Shown here: one piece after another, positions 25,685 to 35,048 of the stretch
Layout: each line of letters starts with the position of its first letter
Position numbering within the stretch: position 1 is the first letter of the stretch
Translations under genes and position numbers: made by a program
Notes under the pieces: generated by a model
What the model saw: the letters and a program-made list of their open reading frames with translations, nothing else
Told to the model about the DNA's origin: nothing
The model's database searches: none
Assembly: GCA_002394665.1 (NCBI GenBank)
Contig: DGUL01000007.1
Span: 30,860 to 94,859, forward strand
Reading direction: 5' to 3'
DNA length: 64,000 nucleotides
Source: Rickettsiales bacterium UBA4311
GTDB lineage: Bacteria; Pseudomonadota; Alphaproteobacteria; Rickettsiales; Deianiraeaceae

Positions 25685-27038
25685 TATTTTAGAAAACTCT
25701 ACAAAAAAAAAATTGTTATCTTTTTTTATCGTCTGTTGCTTCATTGGTTTGTCTCTCTTTTCTTGCAACAGCAACGAGTGTGGAAAGCCAAAAGAAGAAC
25801 CAGCGAAAACCTGCGTAAATATAGATTGGAACAGCGATAATTTAAACAACAATAGCAAAAATAAGGCTCTTGTTTTACCTGTCTATATGGATTATCAAGC
25901 AACAACACCAGTGGATCCAAGAGTGTTAGATGAAATGTATTATGTTGAAAAAAACTTTTACGGCAATGCAAACTCTTTACATAAAACAGGAAGGGATGCT
26001 TTAAAGCTTGTTGAGAAAGCAAGGAAACAGGTCGCTGATGTAATTGGAGCGATGCCTGAAGAAATAATTTTTACAAGCGGGGCAACAGAAAGCAATAACC
26101 TCGCAATAAAAGGAATGGTCGAAAGTTATTCTAAAAAAACAGGCAAAAAACACATCATTACATCAATGACAGAGCATGCTTGCATTTTGGAAAGTTGTAA
26201 AAATGTTGAAAGATATGATGATTTTGAAATCACATACTTATGTCCAAAAGAAAACGGGCTTATTGACTTAAAAGAACTTGAAGAGGCGATAAAACCAAAC
26301 ACCCTGCTTATTTCAATAATGGGTGTAAATAACGAGATTGGCGTAATTCAAGACCTTGAAAAAATTGGGAAAATAGCAAAAAAGCATGGCGTCTTTTTTC
26401 ACACAGATTGTGCTCAAGCATTTGGAAAAATACCGCTCAACGTTGATAAAATGGGCATTGATTTAATGTCGATTTCAGGGCATAAAATTTATGGTCCAAA
26501 AGGCATTGGTGCTTTGTTTATTAGAAAGCACGGCAAGAAAAAAGTTGAACTGCTTCCCCAAATGAATGGTGGTGGACAAGAACTTGGAGTTCGTAGCGGA
26601 ACACTTGCAGTTCCTTTGATTGTCGGGCTTGGTAAAGCAAGTGAAATTATGAAAACAGATTTTCAAAAAGATATGGAAAAAATTTCAAACCTGAGTGAAA
26701 AAGTTAAAAATGAACTTTTGAAAATTCCAGAAGCAAAACTCAACGGAGACGAGAAGCAACGCTATAAAGGCAATTTAAATTTTTCTTTTAAAGGAGTTGA
26801 CGCTTATGAATTAACCCAAAACTTGGGCGAAAAAGTTGCCTTGTCAATAGGCAGTGCTTGCGGTTCGTCCCATAATGCAACTGACAGCTATGTAATCAAT
26901 GCTATCGGCGGGGGAGCGAAAATTAACGGCGGTGCCATTCGTATTGGAATTGGAAGATTTACGACTGAAAAAGAAATCGATTATGCAATAAAAGAAATAA
27001 CAGAAGAGGTAGAAAGACAAAGAAAAGTTGGAAAATAG
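25656..27038 (+). CDS. NifS/IscS-family cysteine desulfurase paralog with a 77-aa N-terminal extension carrying a lipoprotein-type signal
   Basis: Core from LPVYMDYQATTP (M78 at 25887) onward is very similar to the iscS at 15500 (FTSGATESNNLAIKG, SGHKIYGPKGIGALF, SIGSACGS). It lacks the IscS-type C-terminal tail. The extension is KKKLLSFFIVCCFIGLSLFSC (Cys37 at 25764-25766). Confidence 0.85.
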   Translation: MFMEKINYSNILENSTKKKLLSFFIVCCFIGLSLFSCNSNECGKPKEEPAKTCVNIDWNSDNLNNNSKNKALVLPVYMDYQATTPVDPRVLDEMYYVEKNFYGNANSLHKTGRDALKLVEKARKQVADVIGAMPEEIIFTSGATESNNLAIKGMVESYSKKTGKKHIITSMTEHACILESCKNVERYDDFEITYLCPKENGLIDLKELEEAIKPNTLLISIMGVNNEIGVIQDLEKIGKIAKKHGVFFHTDCAQAFGKIPLNVDKMGIDLMSISGHKIYGPKGIGALFIRKHGKKKVELLPQMNGGGQELGVRSGTLAVPLIVGLGKASEIMKTDFQKDMEKISNLSEKVKNELLKIPEAKLNGDEKQRYKGNLNFSFKGVDAYELTQNLGEKVALSIGSACGSSHNATDSYVINAIGGGAKINGGAIRIGIGRFTTEKEIDYAIKEITEEVERQRKVGK

Positions 27039-27201
27039 AATATCCTTCTTGCGAAAAAAAACGAGCGAATCAACCAACAACCAAACGCGCAAAGAAAGAT
27101 GACAAAAAAAAAGATGGTAGCAAAACACGATGGAAGAGCGAAAATAGGAAACGTTAAAAAAAACCTACTTTAAACGCCCCCCGACTAAAGAAGGCAAAAA
27201 C

Positions 27202-27771
27202 CTATTTCTTTGCTCTTTCTACATATTCAAGGGTGTTGGTATTCACGACAATATCCTCACCGCTCGCAATAAACTCTGGAACTTTAACAATAATTCCATT
27301 ATCCAACTTTGCCGGCTTAAAAGAAGATGTTGCCGTCTGTCCCTTAATATAAGGCTGTGTCTCCTCAATGTGGCAGACAACTTTCTCCGGCAAATTCACA
27401 GAAACAATTTCGCCATCAGCGTAATCAATAGTTAGTTCCATGTTGTCGGTTAAAAAACCAGCAGGTGCCGACAGAAGCGATGAAGACGCAGAAAATTGTT
27501 CATAAGTCTCCATATCCATACACTCCAAAGCATCACCACTCATATAAAGATACTGGGCAACTTTGCTTTCAGCGAGAACTTTATCCAGTGTTTGATCGCT
27601 ACGAAAACGCTCATTCAATTTTGTACCAACTTTGATATCCTTTAATTCCGCCTGTATAAAAGCCCCGCCTTTGCCAGGCTTTACGTGCTCAGTTTTTACA
27701 ACACGAAAAATTGAATTTTTATATCTTATCAAATTCCCAACCTTTATCTCAATAGCACTGACGCTCGCCAT
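27202..27771 (-). CDS. efp: elongation factor P
   Basis: MASVSAIEIKVGNLIRYKNSIFRVVKTEHVKPGKGGAFIQAELKD. ATG at 27771. Confidence 0.93.
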   Translation of the reverse strand: MASVSAIEIKVGNLIRYKNSIFRVVKTEHVKPGKGGAFIQAELKDIKVGTKLNERFRSDQTLDKVLAESKVAQYLYMSGDALECMDMETYEQFSASSSLLSAPAGFLTDNMELTIDYADGEIVSVNLPEKVVCHIEETQPYIKGQTATSSFKPAKLDNGIIVKVPEFIASGEDIVVNTNTLEYVERAKK

Positions 27772-27822
27772 ACAGATAATGTATTTGTACTGATGTTTTA
27801 TTGTCAAGACACAAATCAATAG

Positions 27823-29082
27823 TTATCCTTCAATTTTCATCGTCTCTAAATCAATTTTTTGACCTATATACAACTTAAACGCCACGTAAGTCCTATGCTT
27901 TTGTTTAACTATAAAATAAGAATGGCTATAAGGGACCTTCTTTTCAATCAGTTTGTTAACTTTTTTAATCATTTCGTCGTCAGTGTCATTCATAACAAAA
28001 ACAACACTTCCTTTGTTAACCTTGAGAATCGAAACAACGTCGTTCTTCAAATTGTCTTTGTCCTTATATGGAATTATTTGCTTATTCACCTTAATGTTCC
28101 AATCTTGGTCGTTAAAATAAACCAACGAATATAAATACAAAATTCTTTTTATACCGCCAGCTTCCCTTATTGAATTAACAATTGATGAATTACCACTTTT
28201 AATTTTTCCTGCCGTAGCCGTCATGCTTTCTTTTTTTCTTTCTTCTTCCAACCTTCTCTTTTTAATTTCTGAATCCTTTTGCTCCACTATCAACTGCCTT
28301 ATGACCTTCAATTCTTCTGCATTTTCAAGAAAACCATAATTTTTACTATTATTAGTATTGTAGCTAAACTTCAAAGCCTTATCTTTATCAAAGATTGTAA
28401 AAAGTGTGCCGACTTTTTTGGTTTTATCTTTTTTCTTTTTATCTTTTTGTTTATCAGCATCAATCTTTATAATCTTTTTGTCATCAACAATCTTAACGAG
28501 CGGAGTTAATTTATCCTCACTTTTTGAATTATTATGTTCAACCGCCTGTAAAACATTTGTATCATCACTTAACTTTTCTATGTTCTGCAAATTCAAAGGG
28601 CTATTTTTATCTAATCCTTCGCTTTTCTTATCGACTTCGATAACACCTTTTGTCCCATTGTTGCTTGACGTTTTACCTTCAGCTTTTTCACCAATCGGCG
28701 GAAGTCTTAAAACTTCTTTTTCTTGGTTATCTTTTTCATTATCTATGACCTTATCTTCTTTATAGTCGCTATTTTTATTGCTCTTTTCTTCAATGCCAAC
28801 TTCGTCTTTACCTTTTATATTCGAACTATCTCCTTGCTCTTCGCTCTTTTTTGCATTTTTCAAAGCATCAGCCACTTTTATTTCATCTTTTTGTTTCTCT
28901 GTTTGTTCTTCTGTTTTTTTATCGTTGTTTTTATTTTCCTCCTCGCCTTGTTTCACAATAATAATGTTCTCCTTCGTTCCGTCTTTTATATTTTCTTCAT
29001 TATCTTCGGCAAAAACCAAAGCGGAACTGCAAAAGAATAAACCAACTAAAAATGTCCTGATAAAAAAAGAAAACATCTTCAA
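27823..29082 (-). CDS. hypothetical secreted protein (signal peptide, long Lys/Glu/Asp-rich region, ~110-aa C-terminal globular part)
   Basis: Signal FLVGLFFCSSALVFA|EDN. No domain recognised. Confidence 0.5.
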   Translation of the reverse strand: MKMFSFFIRTFLVGLFFCSSALVFAEDNEENIKDGTKENIIIVKQGEEENKNNDKKTEEQTEKQKDEIKVADALKNAKKSEEQGDSSNIKGKDEVGIEEKSNKNSDYKEDKVIDNEKDNQEKEVLRLPPIGEKAEGKTSSNNGTKGVIEVDKKSEGLDKNSPLNLQNIEKLSDDTNVLQAVEHNNSKSEDKLTPLVKIVDDKKIIKIDADKQKDKKKKDKTKKVGTLFTIFDKDKALKFSYNTNNSKNYGFLENAEELKVIRQLIVEQKDSEIKKRRLEEERKKESMTATAGKIKSGNSSIVNSIREAGGIKRILYLYSLVYFNDQDWNIKVNKQIIPYKDKDNLKNDVVSILKVNKGSVVFVMNDTDDEMIKKVNKLIEKKVPYSHSYFIVKQKHRTYVAFKLYIGQKIDLETMKIEG

Positions 29083-29088
29083 TCAAAC

Positions 29089-29862
29089 CTAAATACCTTC
29101 ATCTTCAATCATTTTTTTTGTGAAAGGACTACTTAAAAAAAACCATAAAAGCTCAATTTCACAGGTAAGTCTGTTATCCATATTTGGCTCGCCTTCCGAC
29201 TTATAAAACTTTCTCCTGTAAAGAAATTGCTTCGTATCCTCCAAAACTGGCTGTATATTAACATTTTTTACCAAAACATAACCTGGAAGAGCATTCATAA
29301 TTATATCCAATATTCTATAAACACCATATTCATAATCAGCTTTGAAAGAAATCTTTAAAAGATTTTCATCAAGCGTAATATCAACTTTTTGCTTTTCAAC
29401 AACTTTAAGCAGGTTAATTTTCTTTCTTATTTTATTGTAAAGCTCACCCTCAGCAAAAGAATTCAAAACTATATTCAAACTTGAATATTCAACATTTGTT
29501 TTTTTTTGATTATCAAAATCCAAATCATCCAAATTATCATCGCCATTTATTTTTGATTGCAACGCAAGAATAAAATCATGTTTATTAAATCCGTCGTAAA
29601 AACCATTTTTTCTTCTCAAATTCCAGTTTGATTTTTCTTTTTTTACAAGCTTTAAAGATTTTTCTATATTTGACAGATTATTTTTTTTTACATCAATTTT
29701 ATTTCTTTTCTCGTTTATAACGGAACGTAAATAAAGAGTTTTGCCAACCAATGTAAACTGAACAAATAGAACACTAAAAAAGGCAACCGCAATAATAAAA
29801 AAACATGCAACAATTTTTTTTCTCTGTATTTTACACAGCAACGATAAATCAATCATCTTCAT
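29089..29862 (-). CDS. hypothetical bitopic membrane protein (N-terminal TM, coiled-coil-like segment, C-terminal domain)
   Basis: TM IVACFFIIAVAFFSVLFVQFTLVG. Its 5' end overlaps the 3' end of the ankyrin gene by 14 nt, and its stop lies 6 nt upstream of the start of the 419-aa secreted-protein gene. Confidence 0.5.
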   Translation of the reverse strand: MKMIDLSLLCKIQRKKIVACFFIIAVAFFSVLFVQFTLVGKTLYLRSVINEKRNKIDVKKNNLSNIEKSLKLVKKEKSNWNLRRKNGFYDGFNKHDFILALQSKINGDDNLDDLDFDNQKKTNVEYSSLNIVLNSFAEGELYNKIRKKINLLKVVEKQKVDITLDENLLKISFKADYEYGVYRILDIIMNALPGYVLVKNVNIQPVLEDTKQFLYRRKFYKSEGEPNMDNRLTCEIELLWFFLSSPFTKKMIEDEGI

Positions 29863-30682
29863 TTAATAATTTAACAATGTGTGTAGAAATTGCAATTTCT
29901 TCCTCCGTTTTTTTGCCACTCAATACATTATTAGCCAAATCAATGGCACTATAACCATAATTGTTTTTTATCGTCTTGTCAGCTTTTTTCTTCAAAAGTT
30001 TTTCAATCACAGAAATCTTCTCAAACTCCACCGCACGCATTAAAGGAGTATAACCTTCTGCATCTTTTAGATTTATATCAATATCTTTTTCGTGCAGTAA
30101 TAGATATAAAATTTTATCCATCTCTTTCGTGTCAACTCTAGCTACGATGTGCAAAGGCGACACGCCGGCAACATTTTGCATGTTAACATCCGCACCGCTA
30201 TCAATAAGTAACTTTGCAACCAAATAATTATTGTTTTTTACTGCACGAAGCAATAAGCTCTCACCATTTAAACAAATAGTATTTACTTTACTAACATCAT
30301 AATTTACTTTTAGCAAACTTTTACGAAGCGAAGTAATATCGTTTTTTTCTGCATATTCGCAAAGTGGACTATTGACATAGATTGTCTTTTTTACAATCTT
30401 CACATCTGCAACCTCGCTATCCGTTTTTGATCTAATTTTTTCATCGCTTTTTGCCTTCTGCACTGTTTTTCTGACAACATTCTTTTTTGCCCTCTCGTTT
30501 TTTGTTAAATTTGTTTTCTTTGTCCTTATAGTTTTTTTCTTAGCAATGACTTTATTGCCGTCGCCATCAGCAGAAAACGACACAGAACCAAAAGAAAAAA
30601 TGAATAAAACAATAAACAAATTTCTAAGAAAACAACTCAACACATTTGCAACTGACTTGAATAATATTTTATTGTCAATCAA
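29849..30682 (-). CDS. ankyrin-repeat protein with N-terminal signal/anchor sequence
   Basis: ANK repeats: GESLLLRAVKNNNYLVAKLLIDSGADVN, GVSPLHIVAR, GYTPLMRAVEFEKISVIEKLLKKKAD, GYSAIDLA. Hydrophobic N-terminus LFIVLFIFSFGSVSFSADG. Confidence 0.85.
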   Translation of the reverse strand: MIDNKILFKSVANVLSCFLRNLFIVLFIFSFGSVSFSADGDGNKVIAKKKTIRTKKTNLTKNERAKKNVVRKTVQKAKSDEKIRSKTDSEVADVKIVKKTIYVNSPLCEYAEKNDITSLRKSLLKVNYDVSKVNTICLNGESLLLRAVKNNNYLVAKLLIDSGADVNMQNVAGVSPLHIVARVDTKEMDKILYLLLHEKDIDINLKDAEGYTPLMRAVEFEKISVIEKLLKKKADKTIKNNYGYSAIDLANNVLSGKKTEEEIAISTHIVKLLNEDD

Positions 30683-30726
30683 ATAATAATGTTGATTTTT
30701 ATCAACGATATTCTTAAGTTATCCGG

Positions 30727-32145
30727 ATGCTAACATTTGTTTTAAACAAAATCACACTTTTATCATTTTTGTTAATTCAATTGCTCTACCTTAAATCCAA
30801 GTATCTCTTACTAACTATAGCGATATGTATGATACTTGTGTTGAATTTTTCATCAAAAGATCCTTACACGCTTCTTGAGATTTCCGCAATGATAAGCACT
30901 TTATGTATAATTAAGTGCCGTGCAAAATTCGGCCTGCAAGTTTGTATTTACCTAATATCAGTTGCAACTGGATGCTTATTTTTTGCATTTTACAAAAACA
31001 GTTGGTCTTTTTTAATCGAACTATCAAGCCAAAAAACTCTACCATTGGAACAGAAACAAATAAAAGAATGCTTTTTTTCAATCGCGATGACGCTTATACT
31101 CGGCGGAATTCCATTTGTAGAATGGATGATGAGGATATTTTCAACTTTAAAACCCATAACCAAAACATTGGGTTTTATCCTGCCTTTATTTATTTCGCTT
31201 TCTGTTTATCAAAACCTTGTCATTAAAGGGTTAGATTTTACAACTATAGGATGTTTAATATGTCTTTGTAGCAGTTTACAAATTTTTTTTCTAAAAAATA
31301 TAAAAATAATCTTCTGCAATATAATAACTTTTTTTTATGGATGCGCAATCATAGCAATTTCCAATCACCTCAATAATTATGATATTTACTTTGTGCTTAT
31401 TGCTGTTTTGATTATCAGTATTGAAAACTTTTTTATGCCTAAAATAACATTGAAATACAGAATGAAAAACTTTAAAGACATCTTCCTGTCTAATAAAAGT
31501 GATAAAGCAATATTTTTGCTCTATATGTTTTGTTTATTTACGATTTACTTCGCATTTTATTTAAATATTTTCCTCGACAAACCTTACGATTTAATAACAA
31601 AATTTTCAATTTTAAGCATAAGTTGTTTTTTTGGAAAGATAGCTTTTTTTATTTTAAACAAGAAATTAGACACATCACATTACAACAGAGCAGTCAATAC
31701 CAAAGAAATTGCAAAAGCGTTGGTTTTTTTACTCTTTTTACTATCTTCAATAATAGCATTATTTACCACAAACTATAAAACTTTTCAATTTTCATCAACT
31801 CTAAATTTAATCTTTAAACTCGGGGCTTTTTTCTTTGTTTGTTTTATGTTTTGCTTAATTTTTAAATCAATTAGCAAAATAAATGTGCCAACACAAGTAA
31901 ACTTTTCAAATGTAGGAAAAAGAATTTTTATAATCTTTAACAGTGCGAAAATTTCTTATGAAATTCTTTGTTCAATCCTAAGTGATACTTTGTTTGCTTT
32001 AAAACAAGGGAACAATGCGTTTAATACAAACTCGTTTTTATCCAATTTAAACAATTTTTTTAAAAAAAATGTCATTCTATACTATTCGGTTTTTATAGTC
32101 ATTTTGTGTATTGTTTTAATAATTGAGTGTGTCATTAGCAGATAA
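30727..32145 (+). CDS. polytopic membrane protein, function unknown (possibly a degenerate antiporter-like subunit)
   Basis: At least 10 hydrophobic helices. There is only a weak GGIPFVEW resemblance to the GxPPxxGF motif of Mrp/Nuo antiporter-like subunits. Confidence 0.4.
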   Translation: MLTFVLNKITLLSFLLIQLLYLKSKYLLLTIAICMILVLNFSSKDPYTLLEISAMISTLCIIKCRAKFGLQVCIYLISVATGCLFFAFYKNSWSFLIELSSQKTLPLEQKQIKECFFSIAMTLILGGIPFVEWMMRIFSTLKPITKTLGFILPLFISLSVYQNLVIKGLDFTTIGCLICLCSSLQIFFLKNIKIIFCNIITFFYGCAIIAISNHLNNYDIYFVLIAVLIISIENFFMPKITLKYRMKNFKDIFLSNKSDKAIFLLYMFCLFTIYFAFYLNIFLDKPYDLITKFSILSISCFFGKIAFFILNKKLDTSHYNRAVNTKEIAKALVFLLFLLSSIIALFTTNYKTFQFSSTLNLIFKLGAFFFVCFMFCLIFKSISKINVPTQVNFSNVGKRIFIIFNSAKISYEILCSILSDTLFALKQGNNAFNTNSFLSNLNNFFKKNVILYYSVFIVILCIVLIIECVISR

Positions 32146-33106
32146 TAAAAAAAAGCATTCAAGTTTATTCATTTTGTTCTTTTGCGTTGTTTTCATTTTT
32201 GGAAATTTCACATTTGCTAAAATCACGTTCGCAGATGATGATGACGATGAAGAATTTTTTTCTGCTCCACAAATAAAAAAAGAAGTAAAACTTTCAGATT
32301 ACGACCCTTGGGAAGGGTTTAACAGAAAAATTTTTTCTTTCAATCTTATTGTTTATGATAACTTCCTTGTTCCGTTTTCAAACTGGTATAACGACAACAT
32401 TCCTCTGGCAATAAGATTTACATTCAAGAATGTAATGCAAAACTACGTTGTAAATACAAACGATATAATTCTGTCCGTGCTTGACTTTGATCTTGAAGCA
32501 ATTGTTGTTTCTTTCTGGCGATGGACTATAAACTCAATATTTGGTGTTTTCGGTGGCGACGATGTCGCTTATGACGCAGGGTTGATGTCGTACAACAAAA
32601 GCATAGGTGATGTTCTTTATTTTTATCATATTCCGCGAGGTCCTTACCTAATGCTACCATTGCTTGGGCCAAGCAATTTACGCGATGGTCTTGGTTTAAC
32701 CTTATTCACAATTACAACGAGCTCATTTTGTTGGTCTTATATCTTTCAGGCAAAAAAATACCCCCATTTATTATCTTATCTCAATGTTTCAAGCTTCTGG
32801 CACTTTCCATTTAGCACAAAAGACGATCTGATTTGGATATCATTTTTTCATTCCGTCGGTTATTACATGCATATCGCAAGCACAAAAGGAAAAGTAATAA
32901 ACTTTTTAAGCACATCAGCAATAGATAGATATGTAAGTTTTAGAACCGCTTACTTTCAAACACTTGATAAGGAAGAAAAAAATTATATGGATGCAAGAAT
33001 GAATGGCAAGACGACAAGAAAAAATGTCTGTGATTATGACGCGATGATTGAAGTTCCAGATGAATGCAACGAAGATCCAAAAATTTACAAAACCACTTAC
33101 TTGTAA
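32123..33106 (+). CDS. mlaA: MlaA/VacJ-family outer-membrane lipid-asymmetry protein
   Basis: DPWEGFNRKIFSFNLIVYDNFLVP plus the downstream GPYLMLPLLGPSNLRDG. Confidence 0.8.
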   Translation: MSVSLADNKKKHSSLFILFFCVVFIFGNFTFAKITFADDDDDEEFFSAPQIKKEVKLSDYDPWEGFNRKIFSFNLIVYDNFLVPFSNWYNDNIPLAIRFTFKNVMQNYVVNTNDIILSVLDFDLEAIVVSFWRWTINSIFGVFGGDDVAYDAGLMSYNKSIGDVLYFYHIPRGPYLMLPLLGPSNLRDGLGLTLFTITTSSFCWSYIFQAKKYPHLLSYLNVSSFWHFPFSTKDDLIWISFFHSVGYYMHIASTKGKVINFLSTSAIDRYVSFRTAYFQTLDKEEKNYMDARMNGKTTRKNVCDYDAMIEVPDECNEDPKIYKTTYL

Positions 33107-33144
33107 AGAAAATACCAACAAAATACCAGCCTTAACGCTTACAT

Positions 33145-33627
33145 CTAAAAGGAATAAATATTGAAAATTTCAAAATCTTTCAAAATATCCTCTTCAATTT
33201 TTTCCATAACCTTCCTGTCGTTTTCTACGATATGGTCATAGCCAAGTAAATGTAAAGCTCCATGAACAAAAAGATGTTTCAATCTGTCTTGAAAGGTTTT
33301 GTTATATTCTTCCGCTTCTTGTTGAATTTTTTCAAAACAAAAAAACAAATCCCCTAAGAATAAAGTTTTATGATTTCTTCCATAAAAAACATTTTTATCA
33401 TCACAATTTGCAAAAGATAGAACATTGGTGCTTTTATCAATTCCACGATATTGCCGATTGAGTAAAGTAATAGTTTTTGCATCAGTAAAATTTACATTCA
33501 AAAAAACACTATCAGCAAAGGTCTTGGTTTTTTCAAAACAAGCAATAACTAATTTCCTAATTTCCCTTGATGATAAAGCATTTTTTTTCCAAAGTGGTGC
33601 CCTACTTCTATTTATTATAACTTCCAT
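33145..33627 (-). CDS. ybeY: rRNA maturation endoribonuclease YbeY
   Basis: Zinc motif HGALHLLGYDH. The ATG at 33627 (MEVIINRS) avoids overlap with virB2; the ORF track starts at 33654. Confidence 0.9.
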   Translation of the reverse strand: MEVIINRSRAPLWKKNALSSREIRKLVIACFEKTKTFADSVFLNVNFTDAKTITLLNRQYRGIDKSTNVLSFANCDDKNVFYGRNHKTLFLGDLFFCFEKIQQEAEEYNKTFQDRLKHLFVHGALHLLGYDHIVENDRKVMEKIEEDILKDFEIFNIYSF

Positions 33628-33629
33628 AA

Positions 33630-34037
33630 CTATCGCAAATTTGGGCAAGAACAAGTAATAATTTCATCTGGTGTATATTTTACAGAAGGATCGAAACCAT
33701 CGCCAGAAATTCCCTGAATATAGTCAGGTAAAAGAAATAAAGCAAATGTCTTTGGAGCAAAAAAAATTCCCACACCTATCGCAACCGTCAAAACCTCTTG
33801 CCATTTGAATTGCCCTTGAATAAAAGACCAAGCAGAAAGCATTATCATAAAACTCGCGAGTGCTCTCCCTATTCTTCCTTGTAAAAACATAATAATATCG
33901 CAAACGGTTTTTAGTGCAGGGTTTGCGTTATCCCCGCATTCAAGTGCAAAAGCAACGGAGCCAAAAACAACAAACACGCAAAAAGCACCAATAAAAACAT
34001 CTTTTGATAAAAATTTAAACACTTTTTTTAAAACCAC
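33630..34037 (-). CDS. virB2: VirB2/TrbC-family T4SS pilin
   Basis: Signal FVVFGSVAFA|LE, then two hydrophobic helices IMFLQGRIGRALASFMIMLSAWSF and VAIGVGIFFAPKTFALFLL typical of VirB2 pilins. GTG start. Confidence 0.65.
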   Translation of the reverse strand: MVLKKVFKFLSKDVFIGAFCVFVVFGSVAFALECGDNANPALKTVCDIIMFLQGRIGRALASFMIMLSAWSFIQGQFKWQEVLTVAIGVGIFFAPKTFALFLLPDYIQGISGDGFDPSVKYTPDEIITCSCPNLR

Positions 34038-34151
34038 AACAAACCAATTTTACTAACTCAATTAAATTCAACGATTTTTAATTTTTAAATTTATTTTTTC
34101 CCTTTACTCAATTTTCATAACTTTTATTAACTCTTTTTAATATTCGCTTCA

Positions 34152-35048
34152 CTACTTCTTCTTGGTTAAATTTCTCGTTAGCCCTCGCATCGTTTCGTTA
34201 AAAACGCAAACTGTGTCCGTCCCGTGTCTCAAAGTAAATATACTTTCAACACTTTCAACGGCAAGATACTGATTTATAATTCTGAAATTAACCGTGCTCT
34301 CAAAGCCGTCGCTATCAACGGCAAAAATCGCTGGAATTATACCATTCTTATCCCTAAATTCAAAATATGTAAATTGTCCATCATCAAACACTTTTATAGG
34401 CGTAATGGCATAATCTCCGGAAACCGTGTAATTAAAATTAAAGTTTTCGGCTTTTGATAAATCAGGCCCTTTTTGCACGACATATTGAATTATTGAATTA
34501 TTCCCGCTACCACCACTTTGCTGAGAACCTTTTTTATCATCCATACCGGAAGGATAACGAAACTTTACGAAAAAAGTAATATCGTCATCAAAAGGTCCAC
34601 TCGGCGTTCTCGCGTGTAGTTCAAAAAAATAGGTTCTTAAATTCGTCATAACGGTCATTGTGGTATCAGCATCTTCGGAAATCGGAGTTAAAAACAAACG
34701 ATTTTTTGTTGTTTTAATCGCCCAAGAATCTGGTTTTGGAATATAAACAGTGTTAATTTTCTCTGTCGCAGCAAATTCAATATAGGTCGGGTTCATATAA
34801 AAACCCTCATAGTAATAAATTCCATTCGTATGATACAACCAAGATTTAAAACGACCTTCCGCTCCATACCTCTGCGGATATATTAAAGAAGCATTTGCAG
34901 AATTGAAAAATGGAAAAGCGACCAACAAAAAACACAGACAAGAAAAACGAAAAAACGGCATCAAACAGCCGATAAGAAAAGACAACAATTTTTTAAAATT
35001 AAAAACCACTGCCATAGCATCAACTACTTTTCTGCAACTGAATATCAT
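34152..35048 (-). CDS. virB9: T4SS outer-membrane core protein VirB9
   Basis: N-terminal domain PTYIEFAATEKI...NRLFLTPISEDADTTMTVMTNLRTYFFELHA and C-terminal domain YAITPIKVFDDGQFTYFEF. The start may be the ATG at 35015 (MAVVFNF). Confidence 0.8.
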   Translation of the reverse strand: MIFSCRKVVDAMAVVFNFKKLLSFLIGCLMPFFRFSCLCFLLVAFPFFNSANASLIYPQRYGAEGRFKSWLYHTNGIYYYEGFYMNPTYIEFAATEKINTVYIPKPDSWAIKTTKNRLFLTPISEDADTTMTVMTNLRTYFFELHARTPSGPFDDDITFFVKFRYPSGMDDKKGSQQSGGSGNNSIIQYVVQKGPDLSKAENFNFNYTVSGDYAITPIKVFDDGQFTYFEFRDKNGIIPAIFAVDSDGFESTVNFRIINQYLAVESVESIFTLRHGTDTVCVFNETMRGLTRNLTKKK

